Source: Nostoc punctiforme PCC 73102 (lineage in GTDB: Bacteria; Cyanobacteriota; Cyanobacteriia; Cyanobacteriales; Nostocaceae). From it: 32,000 nucleotides of DNA. Where the stretch lies: assembly GCF_000020025.1 (NCBI RefSeq), contig NC_010628.1, forward strand, positions 7,920,001-7,952,000, written 5' to 3'. The notes under the pieces are model-generated. The model did no database searches. It was not told where the DNA came from and was given only the letters and a program-made list of their open reading frames with translations. Numbering within the stretch: the first letter of the stretch is position 1; the number at the start of each line of letters is the position of its first letter. The translations under genes were made by a program, and so were the position numbers. Shown here piece after piece: positions 17,312 to 27,545 of the stretch.

Positions 17312-18874
17312 ATGAAACCGGATTACCTAATTGTAGGCAGTGGTTTATCAGCATTGGTCTTTGGCGCTTTGATGGCAAATTCCGGCAAGACCGTGCAAAT
17401 ACTCGAAGCTCATGAGCATCCGGGCGGCTTTGGTCACACGTTTACGATGGCTAAAAAATACACGTTTAATGCTCAATTCCATTATGTTTGGGATTGCGGT
17501 GAAGGACAAACGGTTAATCGGGTACTCAAGAAATTAGGCTTGGATCGGGAGGTGACTTTTGAGCGGTACGACCCAGATGGTTTTGACCACATGCGAATGC
17601 CGGGATATGCGTTAGATATTCCTTCGGAACCAGAGGAACTGATCCAGCGATTATCAGCGCTGTTTCCTGCATATAGCGTTGGCGGAGCCTCTCGATCAGA
17701 GAATCGCATTCGCCAATTTGTTAACGATGTTGAAAAAACGAGCGCAGGTTTAAAAAGACTCGCTCCCCCAGTTAAGCCAATTGAACTGTTCAAACATACA
17801 AATGAAGTGTTTTGTACCGTTCAATATCTCAACAGTACACTTCAGGATGTATTCGATAAGTTTCAGCTACCCCAAGCCGCCCAAACCCTATTAGCTCTGC
17901 AATGGCCTGATTTTTTGCTGCCTCCAAATCAACTATCGTTTTATGCCTGGGTCGCTTTATTCAAGGGCTATCAAGCAGGTGCATTTTACCCAACCCAGCA
18001 TTTTGAGCATGTTATCAATTCCTTAGTCAAAGTGATTGAATCACACGGAGGGCAGGTATTGCTCAACCATGAAGTTACGAATTTTAGAGTCATAGACCGA
18101 ACAGTTACGGGAGTTGAGGCGATGGATCTAACCACCCATCAAACTCACGAATTTACAGGTGATACCGTGATTTGCAACATTGACCCCAAAAAAGCCGCCA
18201 AAATGATAGGTGAGTCAAAGTTCTCTAAAACCGTGCGCCGAAAACTCAACTATGAGTATTCTGCATCCAACTACATGGCTTATTGCGTCGTCAAAGACCT
18301 CGACCTGCGAGACTATGGATTTGGCAAGTGGAATGTTTTCCACACTGGTCATCAGGATTTGAATGAAGCCTTTGCTCAGATGTATGAACACAATGACTTT
18401 TCCAATCCTAGCTTTGCCATAACAACGCCGACTTTATTGACACAAGCGAGTCGGGATTGTCCAGAAGATTGCCAGATTGTTGAATTCCTTACTGTTGCTA
18501 ATTACAACTACTTTAAGCAATTGCGACAGAGCGATCGCAAAGCCTACAACCAGAAAAAGCAAGAAATCTTCGCTTCTATCCTGGATGTCATGGAAAAAGA
18601 ATATGTGCCGAACTTTAGAAAGCATCTACTCTTTCATATCACCGGCAGTCCCACCACCAATGAACGTTATTGCTGGTGTCCCAACGGAAATTCCTACGGT
18701 TCTAACCTCACACCGCGCAACATGGGTTTGGGACGCTTGAATCACGAAACCTCACTCAACCATTTCTATTTCTGCAATGCTTCATCAGGCTATCCCGGTT
18801 TTGCTCCCACATTCTGGACTGGGGCATTGCTGTATCAACGATTATCTGGTGATGTGCTTTTAGGCAATAGCTAA
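17312..18874 (+). CDS. FAD/NAD(P)-dependent oxidoreductase of the phytoene desaturase / carotenoid isomerase / retinol saturase-like superfamily, substrate unknown. The ORF opens at TTG 17297, but ATG 17312 has a GAGGAA Shine-Dalgarno upstream.
   Basis: Dinucleotide fold DYLIVGSGLSALVFGALMANSGKTVQILEAHEHPGG. C-terminal GSPTTNERY...GNSYG...FCNASSGYPGF, typical of CrtI/CrtISO/RetSat-like enzymes. Confidence 0.75.
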   Translation: MKPDYLIVGSGLSALVFGALMANSGKTVQILEAHEHPGGFGHTFTMAKKYTFNAQFHYVWDCGEGQTVNRVLKKLGLDREVTFERYDPDGFDHMRMPGYALDIPSEPEELIQRLSALFPAYSVGGASRSENRIRQFVNDVEKTSAGLKRLAPPVKPIELFKHTNEVFCTVQYLNSTLQDVFDKFQLPQAAQTLLALQWPDFLLPPNQLSFYAWVALFKGYQAGAFYPTQHFEHVINSLVKVIESHGGQVLLNHEVTNFRVIDRTVTGVEAMDLTTHQTHEFTGDTVICNIDPKKAAKMIGESKFSKTVRRKLNYEYSASNYMAYCVVKDLDLRDYGFGKWNVFHTGHQDLNEAFAQMYEHNDFSNPSFAITTPTLLTQASRDCPEDCQIVEFLTVANYNYFKQLRQSDRKAYNQKKQEIFASILDVMEKEYVPNFRKHLLFHITGSPTTNERYCWCPNGNSYGSNLTPRNMGLGRLNHETSLNHFYFCNASSGYPGFAPTFWTGALLYQRLSGDVLLGNS

Positions 18875-19050
18875 ACAGACAGCCAGGAAGAGGAAAGGGG
18901 GCAGGGAGCAGGGGGCAGGGGGAGAACTCCATACATAAATGTATTTGCTCTGAAACCCTAAATTGTAGGGGAATCTTAAATCTCCTTTCCCCGCTCCCCT
19001 GCCTCTTCGGTCACACATATTATTCATATTCAACAACTGAGAGGTCAGTT

Positions 19051-20382
19051 ATGAGAATTGCAGTTATCGGTGGTGGAGCCAGTGGTATGGTTACAGCTTA
19101 CCTACTTGATAAGCAAGGGCATCATATCACCGTATTTGAACGGCAGCCCATGTTGGGGGGGCATATTCGGACACTCAACAAGAATGTGAAGCCCAACCAA
19201 TCTGATTGCAATGAAATGTTGGAAAGTGGAGTGCTAGAATTTCCTACCGTATTCCACAACTTTGTTGCTCTTATGCAAGAGCTAGGAGTGGAACTAGAAC
19301 CCATCCGTGTCGGTTCAGCTTTATTCCCCAAAGATGGCAGTCCCTTTTTCTCGAAGGTCACGAATGAGAACAACTATACAGGCATCCAACGCTTCATTGA
19401 ATATCTGCGGTTCGATACCATCCATACCCGTTCCCTTGGATTATGGCTAAAAACCCGATTTGCCCAGATGGAAGATTTTTACAATCGCCCACTGTCTCAA
19501 TATGTAAACAACCAAAGTATAAGCAATACCTGGCTAAAGTTGCTAACGATGTATAGCTACTCAATGCCCTTTGAACTCATTGATAACTTTCCCGCAGAGA
19601 TGGGAATTCCGATGTTACGCGACTACCTCGCAGTCAAATGGCTCAGGATTAAAGGCGGTGTATATTCCTATATTGAAAAAATTCTGGAGCGATTTCAAGG
19701 GGAAGTTTTGTTGAATGTGGAGATTGTTAATATTTCTAGAAGTCCAGATGGTGTGATAATCCAGCGATCGCACGGTGAGATCCAAGAGTTTGATAAAGTC
19801 GTATTTGCCACACCACCCGACCAAGTGATAGCACTGTTAGCTGACCCAACCGAGGCTGAAATTAAACGCTTCTCAGATTGGAAAGCCAATTATGCAACCA
19901 CTACAATTCATACTGATATTTTCATGTACGATCATCATCACATCCACCACCCCTCGGAATTTGATTTCTTCCAGACAGACACCCAATGGGGATATAACAG
20001 TTGCTTAAATCAGCTTTGTGGCATCTCATCGCCACAGCATTATTTTTTATCGTTTCAACTAGAAGAATTGATTGCCAAAGATCGCATTATTCACACTCAA
20101 GAACATCACACGCCGTTGTATACCACTGAATCTTTTCGATATCGAGACGAAGTAGTTGCCACTAATGGAGAGAACAATACTTACTATGCGGGAGCTTATC
20201 TAGGAGATGGATTGCATGAAGGAGCGATCGCGTCTGCCTTTCGAGTTGCTCAACTCATTGGTTCACCCTTAGCTGTTTCCATTTCTGGATTCAACGACAG
20301 AAACGCAGATACAGTAGAGATAGCGGCGGATACGGCAGGTATTGGAAAATATTTAACTCATCCCCGTTTCCATCGATCTTGA
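19051..20382 (+). CDS. NAD/FAD-binding amine-oxidase-like oxidoreductase (443 aa), function unknown.
   Basis: N-terminal RIAVIGGGASGMVTAYLL...VFERQPMLGGH Rossmann motif, and C-terminal YYAGAYLGDGLHEGAIASAFRVAQ flavin-binding motif. Confidence 0.75.
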   Translation: MRIAVIGGGASGMVTAYLLDKQGHHITVFERQPMLGGHIRTLNKNVKPNQSDCNEMLESGVLEFPTVFHNFVALMQELGVELEPIRVGSALFPKDGSPFFSKVTNENNYTGIQRFIEYLRFDTIHTRSLGLWLKTRFAQMEDFYNRPLSQYVNNQSISNTWLKLLTMYSYSMPFELIDNFPAEMGIPMLRDYLAVKWLRIKGGVYSYIEKILERFQGEVLLNVEIVNISRSPDGVIIQRSHGEIQEFDKVVFATPPDQVIALLADPTEAEIKRFSDWKANYATTTIHTDIFMYDHHHIHHPSEFDFFQTDTQWGYNSCLNQLCGISSPQHYFLSFQLEELIAKDRIIHTQEHHTPLYTTESFRYRDEVVATNGENNTYYAGAYLGDGLHEGAIASAFRVAQLIGSPLAVSISGFNDRNADTVEIAADTAGIGKYLTHPRFHRS

Positions 20383-20447
20383 GATTTTAGTTATAAACCC
20401 TTAATTTTTACCTAACGTGTATTGACTACTGCGATCGTTTCTATGGT

Positions 20448-21518
20448 TCAAAAAAGAACAAACTCATGGTTCTGTTGAATAATTTCATTCAAGGCAGCCA
20501 TATCAATTAAAAATGCGTCATGTCCGTGGGTTGACTTTAACCACGACAGTTGAGCATTAGGGATTAAATTTGCTAATTCTTGTTGTTCTACTGGCGGATA
20601 GAGAATATCAGAATCAATGGCGACAACTAGAGTTGGTTGCTGGATGCTTCCCAGAACAGATTCATAATCTGATAAATTAGGAGCCGTGCGATCGCGTGCA
20701 ATATCGTGCCCATCCATTGCATGGGTGAGGATAATATAAGTATTGGCATCAAATCGTTCTGTCAGCTTTTGACCTTGATGCTGTAAGTAACTCGCTATAG
20801 CAAACTTCTCAGATGGATCATACTGCCGTCCAAAGCGGGTTGTAAAACTATCCCAAGAACGGTAAGTAGACATCGCCATCATTCTCGCCACTGCTAGTCC
20901 TTGGTTGGGAGGCGCATCCAGGGTGTAGTTCCCTCCTTGCCAATTTGGATCGGCATAAATTGCCTGTCTTTGGGCTTCACTTAATCCAATACACCAAGCG
21001 GAATGTCTGCCAGAAACAGCGATAGGTGCAATACTTTTCACCTTGTCGGGATATAATAATGCCCACTCCAGTGATTGCATTCCACCGAGCGAACCACCAA
21101 TTACGAACCGCAGAGATTGAACACCCAGGTATTCTAGCAGTACAGCTTGTAGGCGAACCATATCTCGGATTGTAATTTTAGGGAAGGATACACCATAAGG
21201 CTTTCTGGTTGTTGGGTTGATAGTAGTTGGCCCTGTTGTACCGTAACAACTTCCCAAAATGTTGCTGCACACAATAAAATCGCGATCGGGATTGAAGGCT
21301 TTCCCTGAACCAAACAAAGGTTCCCACCAATCATCAGCATCAGCCGAACCAGTTAAGGCATGACAAATTAGTACCCCATTATCGCCTTGAGCATTTAACT
21401 CTCCCCAGCTGCGATAAGCAACCTGAACCCCAATTAATACTTTGCCGCTTTCAAGTTGAAATGGCACTGTAAGCTGGTAAAACTGGGTTTGTGGTGAGAT
21501 GAAATCTGAGTAGATCAT
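20448..21518 (-). CDS. metX: Homoserine O-acetyltransferase. The start is placed at ATG 21518 (MIYSDFISPQ...). The ORF stays open to 21572, but those 18 codons translate spacer repeat DNA.
   Basis: Alpha/beta-hydrolase fold with nucleophile elbow GGSLGGMQ. Conserved ALTGSADADDWW, GPFG-like region and SD.LYP motif. Lies directly downstream of metY. Confidence 0.88.
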   Translation of the reverse strand: MIYSDFISPQTQFYQLTVPFQLESGKVLIGVQVAYRSWGELNAQGDNGVLICHALTGSADADDWWEPLFGSGKAFNPDRDFIVCSNILGSCYGTTGPTTINPTTRKPYGVSFPKITIRDMVRLQAVLLEYLGVQSLRFVIGGSLGGMQSLEWALLYPDKVKSIAPIAVSGRHSAWCIGLSEAQRQAIYADPNWQGGNYTLDAPPNQGLAVARMMAMSTYRSWDSFTTRFGRQYDPSEKFAIASYLQHQGQKLTERFDANTYIILTHAMDGHDIARDRTAPNLSDYESVLGSIQQPTLVVAIDSDILYPPVEQQELANLIPNAQLSWLKSTHGHDAFLIDMAALNEIIQQNHEFVLF

Positions 21519-21662
21519 ATCTAGAAGTGGGGAGATGAGGGAGGCAGGGGAGATAAGGGGACAAGGGGACAAGAGGTGAGAACTTGAAACAAGTCTTTCC
21601 CCTTGTCCCCAATTCTCCTTGTCCCCAAGTCCTCTTGCCCATGCCCCATGCCCAATTAAGAA

Positions 21663-22973
<1,311 letters not shown>

Positions 22974-23098
22974 TTATTTTGGTTTCCAATTATACAAATA
23001 AGTAATATGCTATTTGAGCGTTGGGTTAGATTAATCGACGGTAATCTGTCAGGCTTACCGTATTTTACAGTTATTTTTAGTAAATTAAATCATAGTGT

Positions 23099-23122
23099 AA
23101 GGGCGCACAGTTGTGCGCCCTT
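23099..23122 (-). terminator. GC-rich hairpin (10-bp stem AAGGGCGCAC/GTGCGCCCTT, 4-nt loop) about 40 nt downstream of the PEP-CTERM gene stop. Probable terminator, but it lacks a clean U-tract.
   Basis: Stem read directly. It sits between the 3' end of the 23161..24172 gene and the metY promoter region. Confidence 0.45.
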
Positions 23123-23160
23123 ATCGTCAGTAAACCAAAAAGTTTTTTCCAAAAGATCGA

Positions 23161-24172
23161 TTATCGAACTTCTTGTAGCCTGTGATACTTTTTTTTCTTT
23201 AGTGCTGAACCAGCGCCAATAATGCCAAATATTAGCAGAGCGAAAACAGAAGTGGGTTCGGGAATTGTAGTTAATTGGTCCTTACTAATTTTGTAAAGTT
23301 TCTGGGCATCTGCAACATATAAGTTTCCACTAGAATCGAATTCTATTTCACGAGGAAACGCATCACCTCCGCCAAGAAATCCTGTAGCAAAAGTATTTAT
23401 TTGATTATTCGATATTATATTTATTGCAGAAAGTCTACCACTGTTAGTGAAAAAGTCTCCCTGATTGGCAACAAAAAAACTTTTGGCAGTGGGGTTAACT
23501 TCTAAATCAATAATTCGACCTGGAATAGATTTGAACAAATCTGTTACGTTACCAGACATTGTTGCTTGCTTAATTACTCCAGGGCCATTACCGTTGTTAG
23601 AGTTGTCTCCAATAATTAGCGAATCAACCGTAAATGCAATACCGAACGGCCCTGACAAACCACTAACAAATGTTGTTACAGAACCCTCTGGAGATATCTT
23701 AGAGACAGTTCCCTCTGTAAAACTAGCCACGAAAAGGTTATTATTTTGGTCAAAAGCTAGTTCCTCTAAGGTTGGAGGTAAGCCACTAGCAAAATTGCTG
23801 ACATTCCCATCTTCTTCTCGGAAGAGACTACCGTCAAATAAAGCACCAAAGACTTGCTGACTTTTATTGATAGTCAGTCCCCCTATAAAGTTATTAAAAC
23901 TGGCAAGAGATGACACATCTCCTGATGGGGTGGGTTATTTTGAGCAAGTCGCTACTTCCACTAAATAAATTCCTGGCTACATAAATATTGTTGCTGCTAT
24001 CAACAGCTAAACCACCTACTTGTACAAACTCAAATGAGCCAGTTGAAATCCCCTGAACTTGATATCCAGATGGGATAATTTGAATTGCTTGTGCCGAGTT
24101 GACTTTCATCACTGTTAAGCTCAATGCAGTTCCGGCGGCGGCAACTGCGACTTTCTGGGAAATGCCAGTCAT
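23161..24172 (-). pseudogene. PEP-CTERM-anchored secreted beta-propeller (NHL-like repeat) protein, split into two ORFs (92 aa + 251 aa) by a frameshift near 23925..23940.
   Basis: The upstream ORF carries a signal peptide (AVAAAGTALSLTVMKVNSAQA). The downstream ORF ends with IPEPTSVFALLIFGIIGAGSALKKKK (a PEP-CTERM sorting signal). Repeats of the type SNNIYVA / NNNLFVA / GNLYVADA span both pieces. The frames overlap at a C-run (acccacccc on the coding strand). Confidence 0.7.
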
Positions 24173-24333
24173 TCCTAATCTCCTCCCCCCATGATTAGCT
24201 TTATTTAATCAATACCTTTGCCAAAATAAGAGCCTACAAAAATTTTGGCAAAAATGGCAAAATAACTCATAAATAAGGGTTTAGCTTACAGGGGAGCTTG
24301 GAAGCTCAAACCCTTGATACTGCGGTCGATACG

Positions 24334-25248
24334 TTAATTATACTCTAGCGAGAGTGACAAAAGAGGGTTAGTCATCCCTGCCTCTTGAATCGTTGAAAAA
24401 GCAGTTTCCGCGATGATGCGATGAGCCGCAGCTGTCGGATGAATGCCATCCCAGAACAAAAACTGGTCTGGGTTACTACAGGTGCGATCGCCAGATAGAC
24501 ATGGACTGATGACATTGGTAAAGTTAAAAGCTGCCGGTTTTGCGATTGCATGTCGATATAGCGCGTTAGCATCTAATTGCACAATCTCAAGATCGGAATG
24601 CTGTTGACCTAGTACCTTTAGCGATCGCCTCAAGCCTTGATTATGTGCTTGTGTTAATGCACTGAGGCTCACAGAATTTGTACTGTTTCTAGTGGCAGGT
24701 AACTGTCCTAAATCTGGTAAATTTCCTACCAAAATCTTTTTAGCACCCACATCAGTTAGAGAGTTGATTGCCGTCGTCACATTTTTAACAGGAATACTTG
24801 CACTGCTTACTCCTTGCAAATAATCATTTGCTCCTGCCCACAGCACATACAAAGCATCTGGATTCGTCTGTTGATGTGTCTGCGTAAACGATTGCACTTG
24901 ATTTAGCAAGCTAGGTACATAGCTGTTGCCAACATTGGCAGTAGTTGCTCCTCCATAAGCAAAATTGTGAGTTTGTTTAGGGGAAAGATGGAGGCTTTCG
25001 GCAAGATACTCAATCCAAACCCGACCATTCGAGTAACGCCCTTGAAAGTAAGTTGGGTTAGGTGGGTACATTCCTCCTGTCGCCCGGAATACCATCCCTG
25101 TATCCGAAAGACTGTCTCCAAATACATAAAGTTCTGAGATGGGATGAGTTTTATCCATAAATTTTGCCGCTACAACCATAATAAAAATAAGGAGAGCAAG
25201 TCCTGTTCTTAAAAGCCACTTTTTTCTTTGCATTAAACTTTTCTGCAA
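24334..25248 (-). CDS. SGNH/GDSL-family lipase/esterase, with an N-terminal membrane anchor or signal peptide.
   Basis: Block I FGDSLSDTG, block III GANDY, block V DGIHPT. N-terminal hydrophobic LALLIFIMVVAA. Confidence 0.88.
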   Translation of the reverse strand: MQKSLMQRKKWLLRTGLALLIFIMVVAAKFMDKTHPISELYVFGDSLSDTGMVFRATGGMYPPNPTYFQGRYSNGRVWIEYLAESLHLSPKQTHNFAYGGATTANVGNSYVPSLLNQVQSFTQTHQQTNPDALYVLWAGANDYLQGVSSASIPVKNVTTAINSLTDVGAKKILVGNLPDLGQLPATRNSTNSVSLSALTQAHNQGLRRSLKVLGQQHSDLEIVQLDANALYRHAIAKPAAFNFTNVISPCLSGDRTCSNPDQFLFWDGIHPTAAAHRIIAETAFSTIQEAGMTNPLLSLSLEYN

Positions 25249-25837
25249 ACCCTAAAGACTACAGATGTTGATGACTATTTTTGTGATTAAAGATTGAGCT
25301 TGCAATTGAACACTTCTCTAACTTAACAAGCTAGCTTGAGGGCTAGTGAGCAAAACCGGATACTTTCAGGTGTGGATTTTGCTAATTGTTTTAATGACAT
25401 GCTGTTGTGTTTTGCCCACAATGCGTAGGCGTAGCCATTCTCTACGAGAGGCTGCGCTCAGGAACCACCCGTCGTAAACATCGCAACGAAAAACCGATCA
25501 AATTGCTTATGGTTGCATAAAGGCGATCGCCTGTTCGAAGAGTCGTAGGAAGTTTTCGCGAATCTGGAAAACTAATTGCTGCAATGCTTATGAAACTCAA
25601 GACGCGAGTTGAAAAATTGCATAAATGTTCAACTCGCCTCAGTTAAGTACTAGAAAATTACAATCGCTCTGTTATATATCTCGACTTAACGGGATTTTTA
25701 TCGCTCAATTGCTTCACCCTTTTGGGTGAGTCAGATATCAACCGATCAGATGACCTGAATGAAGGAAGCTGAGATTAATAATAAAGAAGATTCTATTACT
25801 TAAGAACACCGATCGCATTTTACCTAAGAATAACCTG

Positions 25838-26230
25838 ATGAAACTCCTTACTTTAATAAATTCTACACTTATTTTTGCTTCTATTACTCTTGTACCTGGA
25901 TTCGCTGTAGCTCAAACAGCTACTAACAATAATAATGAAACAATTGCTATTAACTCTAACAATTTACCTGGTAACTCTATTTCTGTGAATTACCTCCAAC
26001 CTTTCAATCTAGTTACTTTTGCGTATCAGGGAGGTTTGAAGCAGCACGGGATTCCTAGTGGAGAAATGCTAGTATTTGAAACTCAGAACAGAAATATTAT
26101 TGCAAACGATTTGGTGAAAGCTGCTGTTAATGCAGATAAATTACCATCAAAAGCTTTAAATGACCAAAATTATCTAAGTGCTGTTAATTTACAACTCAAC
26201 GCATTGCCTGATTATGCTGCTGCGGATTGA
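25838..26230 (+). CDS. Small secreted hypothetical protein (130 aa).
   Basis: Signal peptide MKLLTLINSTLIFASITLVPGFAVAQ followed by an Asn-rich linker. No family motif recognised. Confidence 0.55.
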   Translation: MKLLTLINSTLIFASITLVPGFAVAQTATNNNNETIAINSNNLPGNSISVNYLQPFNLVTFAYQGGLKQHGIPSGEMLVFETQNRNIIANDLVKAAVNADKLPSKALNDQNYLSAVNLQLNALPDYAAAD

Positions 26231-26479
26231 TTGGTTTTTCTTATATTTTTTCTAAAGCCAAATTTGTGAGTATACTATATTCGTGTGCTTCTTACCAAAT
26301 ATAAATAAAAGCATTTTATACACAGCGATTGCTGGTGTATAAAACAAAGTTACATATTGAAGAACAATTCCTAGATTTTGACAGAGCTTGTGCATATAAG
26401 TTCTGTTATTGTGTGTTGAAGGCACAGAAAATTGTATAATCAACAACCTATCAAGCAAAAATTTCGTTTTCTATAGAGA

Positions 26480-27427
26480 ATGACAGAAGTAATTAGAACA
26501 GGGAGCCTAAATAACATCGAGTCCATTGAGTTTGAAAAGCGGTGCTTGCACAAAGCCAGAGAAATAGGCGATCGCAATAGTGAAGTCATTTGTTTAGCAA
26601 GTTTGGGCAATGCTTATCAGTCCATTGGGGAGTACCACCTGGCAATTGAGTTTTATCAGCAGTGGTTGGATATAGCGAAAGAAATAGGCGATCGCTTCGG
26701 AGAAGCCAAATCTTTATCTGGATTGGGCAACGCCTACCAATCATTGGGGAAATACCAGCGGGCGATTGAATTTTATCACCAGTGGTTGAGTATCACGAGG
26801 AAAATAGGCGATCGCACTGGAGAAGCCATTTGTCTAGGAAGCTTGGGCAATACTTATGAATACCTGGGCAAGTACGACCAAGCGATTGAGTTTTATCAGC
26901 AGTGGTTGAGTATCACGAGGAAAACAGGCGATCGCACTGGAGAAGCCATTTGTCTCGGAAGTTTGGGCAATACTTATGAATCATTGGGGCAGTACCAACT
27001 GGCAGTTGAGTTTTACCACCAATGGTTAGAACTGACAAGATTAATTAGCGATCGCAATGGGGAGGGCATGGCCTTAAGTGGGTTGGGAAGTGCTTATAAG
27101 GCTTTGGGACAGTACCAAAGAGCGGTTGAGTTTCATCAATATTCATTAGAGATTAGAAAGAATCTTGATGACCAAAATGCAGAAGCAAACTCCTGGTTTA
27201 ATTTGGGTTTAGTGTTAGAAAAAATCAATCGCGAATCAGAAGCGATGAATGCCTTTTGCAATGCTCGCGGGATTTATCACGCAATGGGAATTGATGCAAG
27301 CCTGCAAGATTGTAATCATGCGATTGAGCATCTTTCTCAAAATGTTTCAACCATAGCATCTCGCTTCTGGTTTGAGAGATGGTTCAGTCATTTGTCGCAC
27401 TTAATCAAAACTGATTCTAACCAGTAA
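26480..27427 (+). CDS. Tetratricopeptide repeat (TPR) protein made of 40-aa units.
   Basis: Repeated GDRxGEAxxLxxLGNxYxxLGxYxxAIEFYQQWLxI units, as in the TPR_12/CHAT-associated type. Confidence 0.85.
   Translation: MTEVIRTGSLNNIESIEFEKRCLHKAREIGDRNSEVICLASLGNAYQSIGEYHLAIEFYQQWLDIAKEIGDRFGEAKSLSGLGNAYQSLGKYQRAIEFYHQWLSITRKIGDRTGEAICLGSLGNTYEYLGKYDQAIEFYQQWLSITRKTGDRTGEAICLGSLGNTYESLGQYQLAVEFYHQWLELTRLISDRNGEGMALSGLGSAYKALGQYQRAVEFHQYSLEIRKNLDDQNAEANSWFNLGLVLEKINRESEAMNAFCNARGIYHAMGIDASLQDCNHAIEHLSQNVSTIASRFWFERWFSHLSHLIKTDSNQ
26561..27160 (+). repeat. Five exactly phased 120-bp coding repeats. Two of them (26788..26907 and 26908..27027) are nearly identical at the nucleotide level.
   Basis: The (a/g)ggcgatcgc or agcgatcgc motif recurs at 26561, 26681, 26801, 26921 and 27041 (+120 each). 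Confidence 0.9.
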
Positions 27428-27458
27428 ATCTTTTACCACTGATTCAGATAATATAAGG

Positions 27459-27527
27459 ATATTTTAAAAGCTTTTGACCATTTTAATCGTTAAATATAGA
27501 TTAAAATCCACTTTTAAAACATCCTCT
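27459..27527. repeat. About 70-bp deleted derivative of the MITE family (two inverted ends only), in the convergent spacer between the TPR and DUF411 genes.
   Basis: aggatattttaaaagc at about 27459 and acttttaaaacatcctct at 27510..27527 are inverted copies of the MITE terminal sequence. Confidence 0.5.
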
Positions 27528-27545
27528 GAATCCAGTGAGATTCTA

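Noticed and set aside
16875-20447. Integrated genomic island at tRNA-Ala, with an att duplication.
   Set aside because: I found no integrase gene and no direct repeat of the tRNA 3' end (ggttcaaatccgttattctcca) downstream by eye. It is kept only as a weak possibility within the oxidoreductase finding.
21519-21572. Longer N-terminus for metX (MSPCPLISPASLISPLLD...).
   Set aside because: These codons are a translation of the spacer repeat block (ggggacaagg-type repeats). The motif-bearing protein begins at M19 (MIYSDFISPQ).
23465-23860. 131-aa plus-strand ORF. The same applies to the other antisense or shadow ORFs at 3186..3403, 3576..3794, 5173..5367, 6700..6981, 7451..7639, 9820..10065, 10891..11076, 11711..11911, 12819..13315, 14512..14694, 15199..15396, 15908..16096, 16417..16617, 17482..17793, 18434..18740, 19122..19373, 19615..19889, 21134..21340, 21451..21642, 22267..22582, 22842..23222, 24372..24572, 24903..25127, 27650..27906, 29137..29322, 29853..30041 and 31405..31635.
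   Set aside because: Each lies wholly or largely inside, or antisense to, a longer ORF with clear family motifs. They are typical shadow frames with no independent support.
26252-26458. 68-aa minus-strand ORF between the secreted-protein gene and the TPR gene.
   Set aside because: The segment is AT-rich and the peptide is low-complexity. There is no start context, and it most likely covers the TPR gene promoter.
26561-27160. Possible CRISPR-like or non-coding 120-bp periodic repeat.
   Set aside because: The period is exactly 40 codons inside one long open frame encoding canonical TPR helices. It is a coding repeat.
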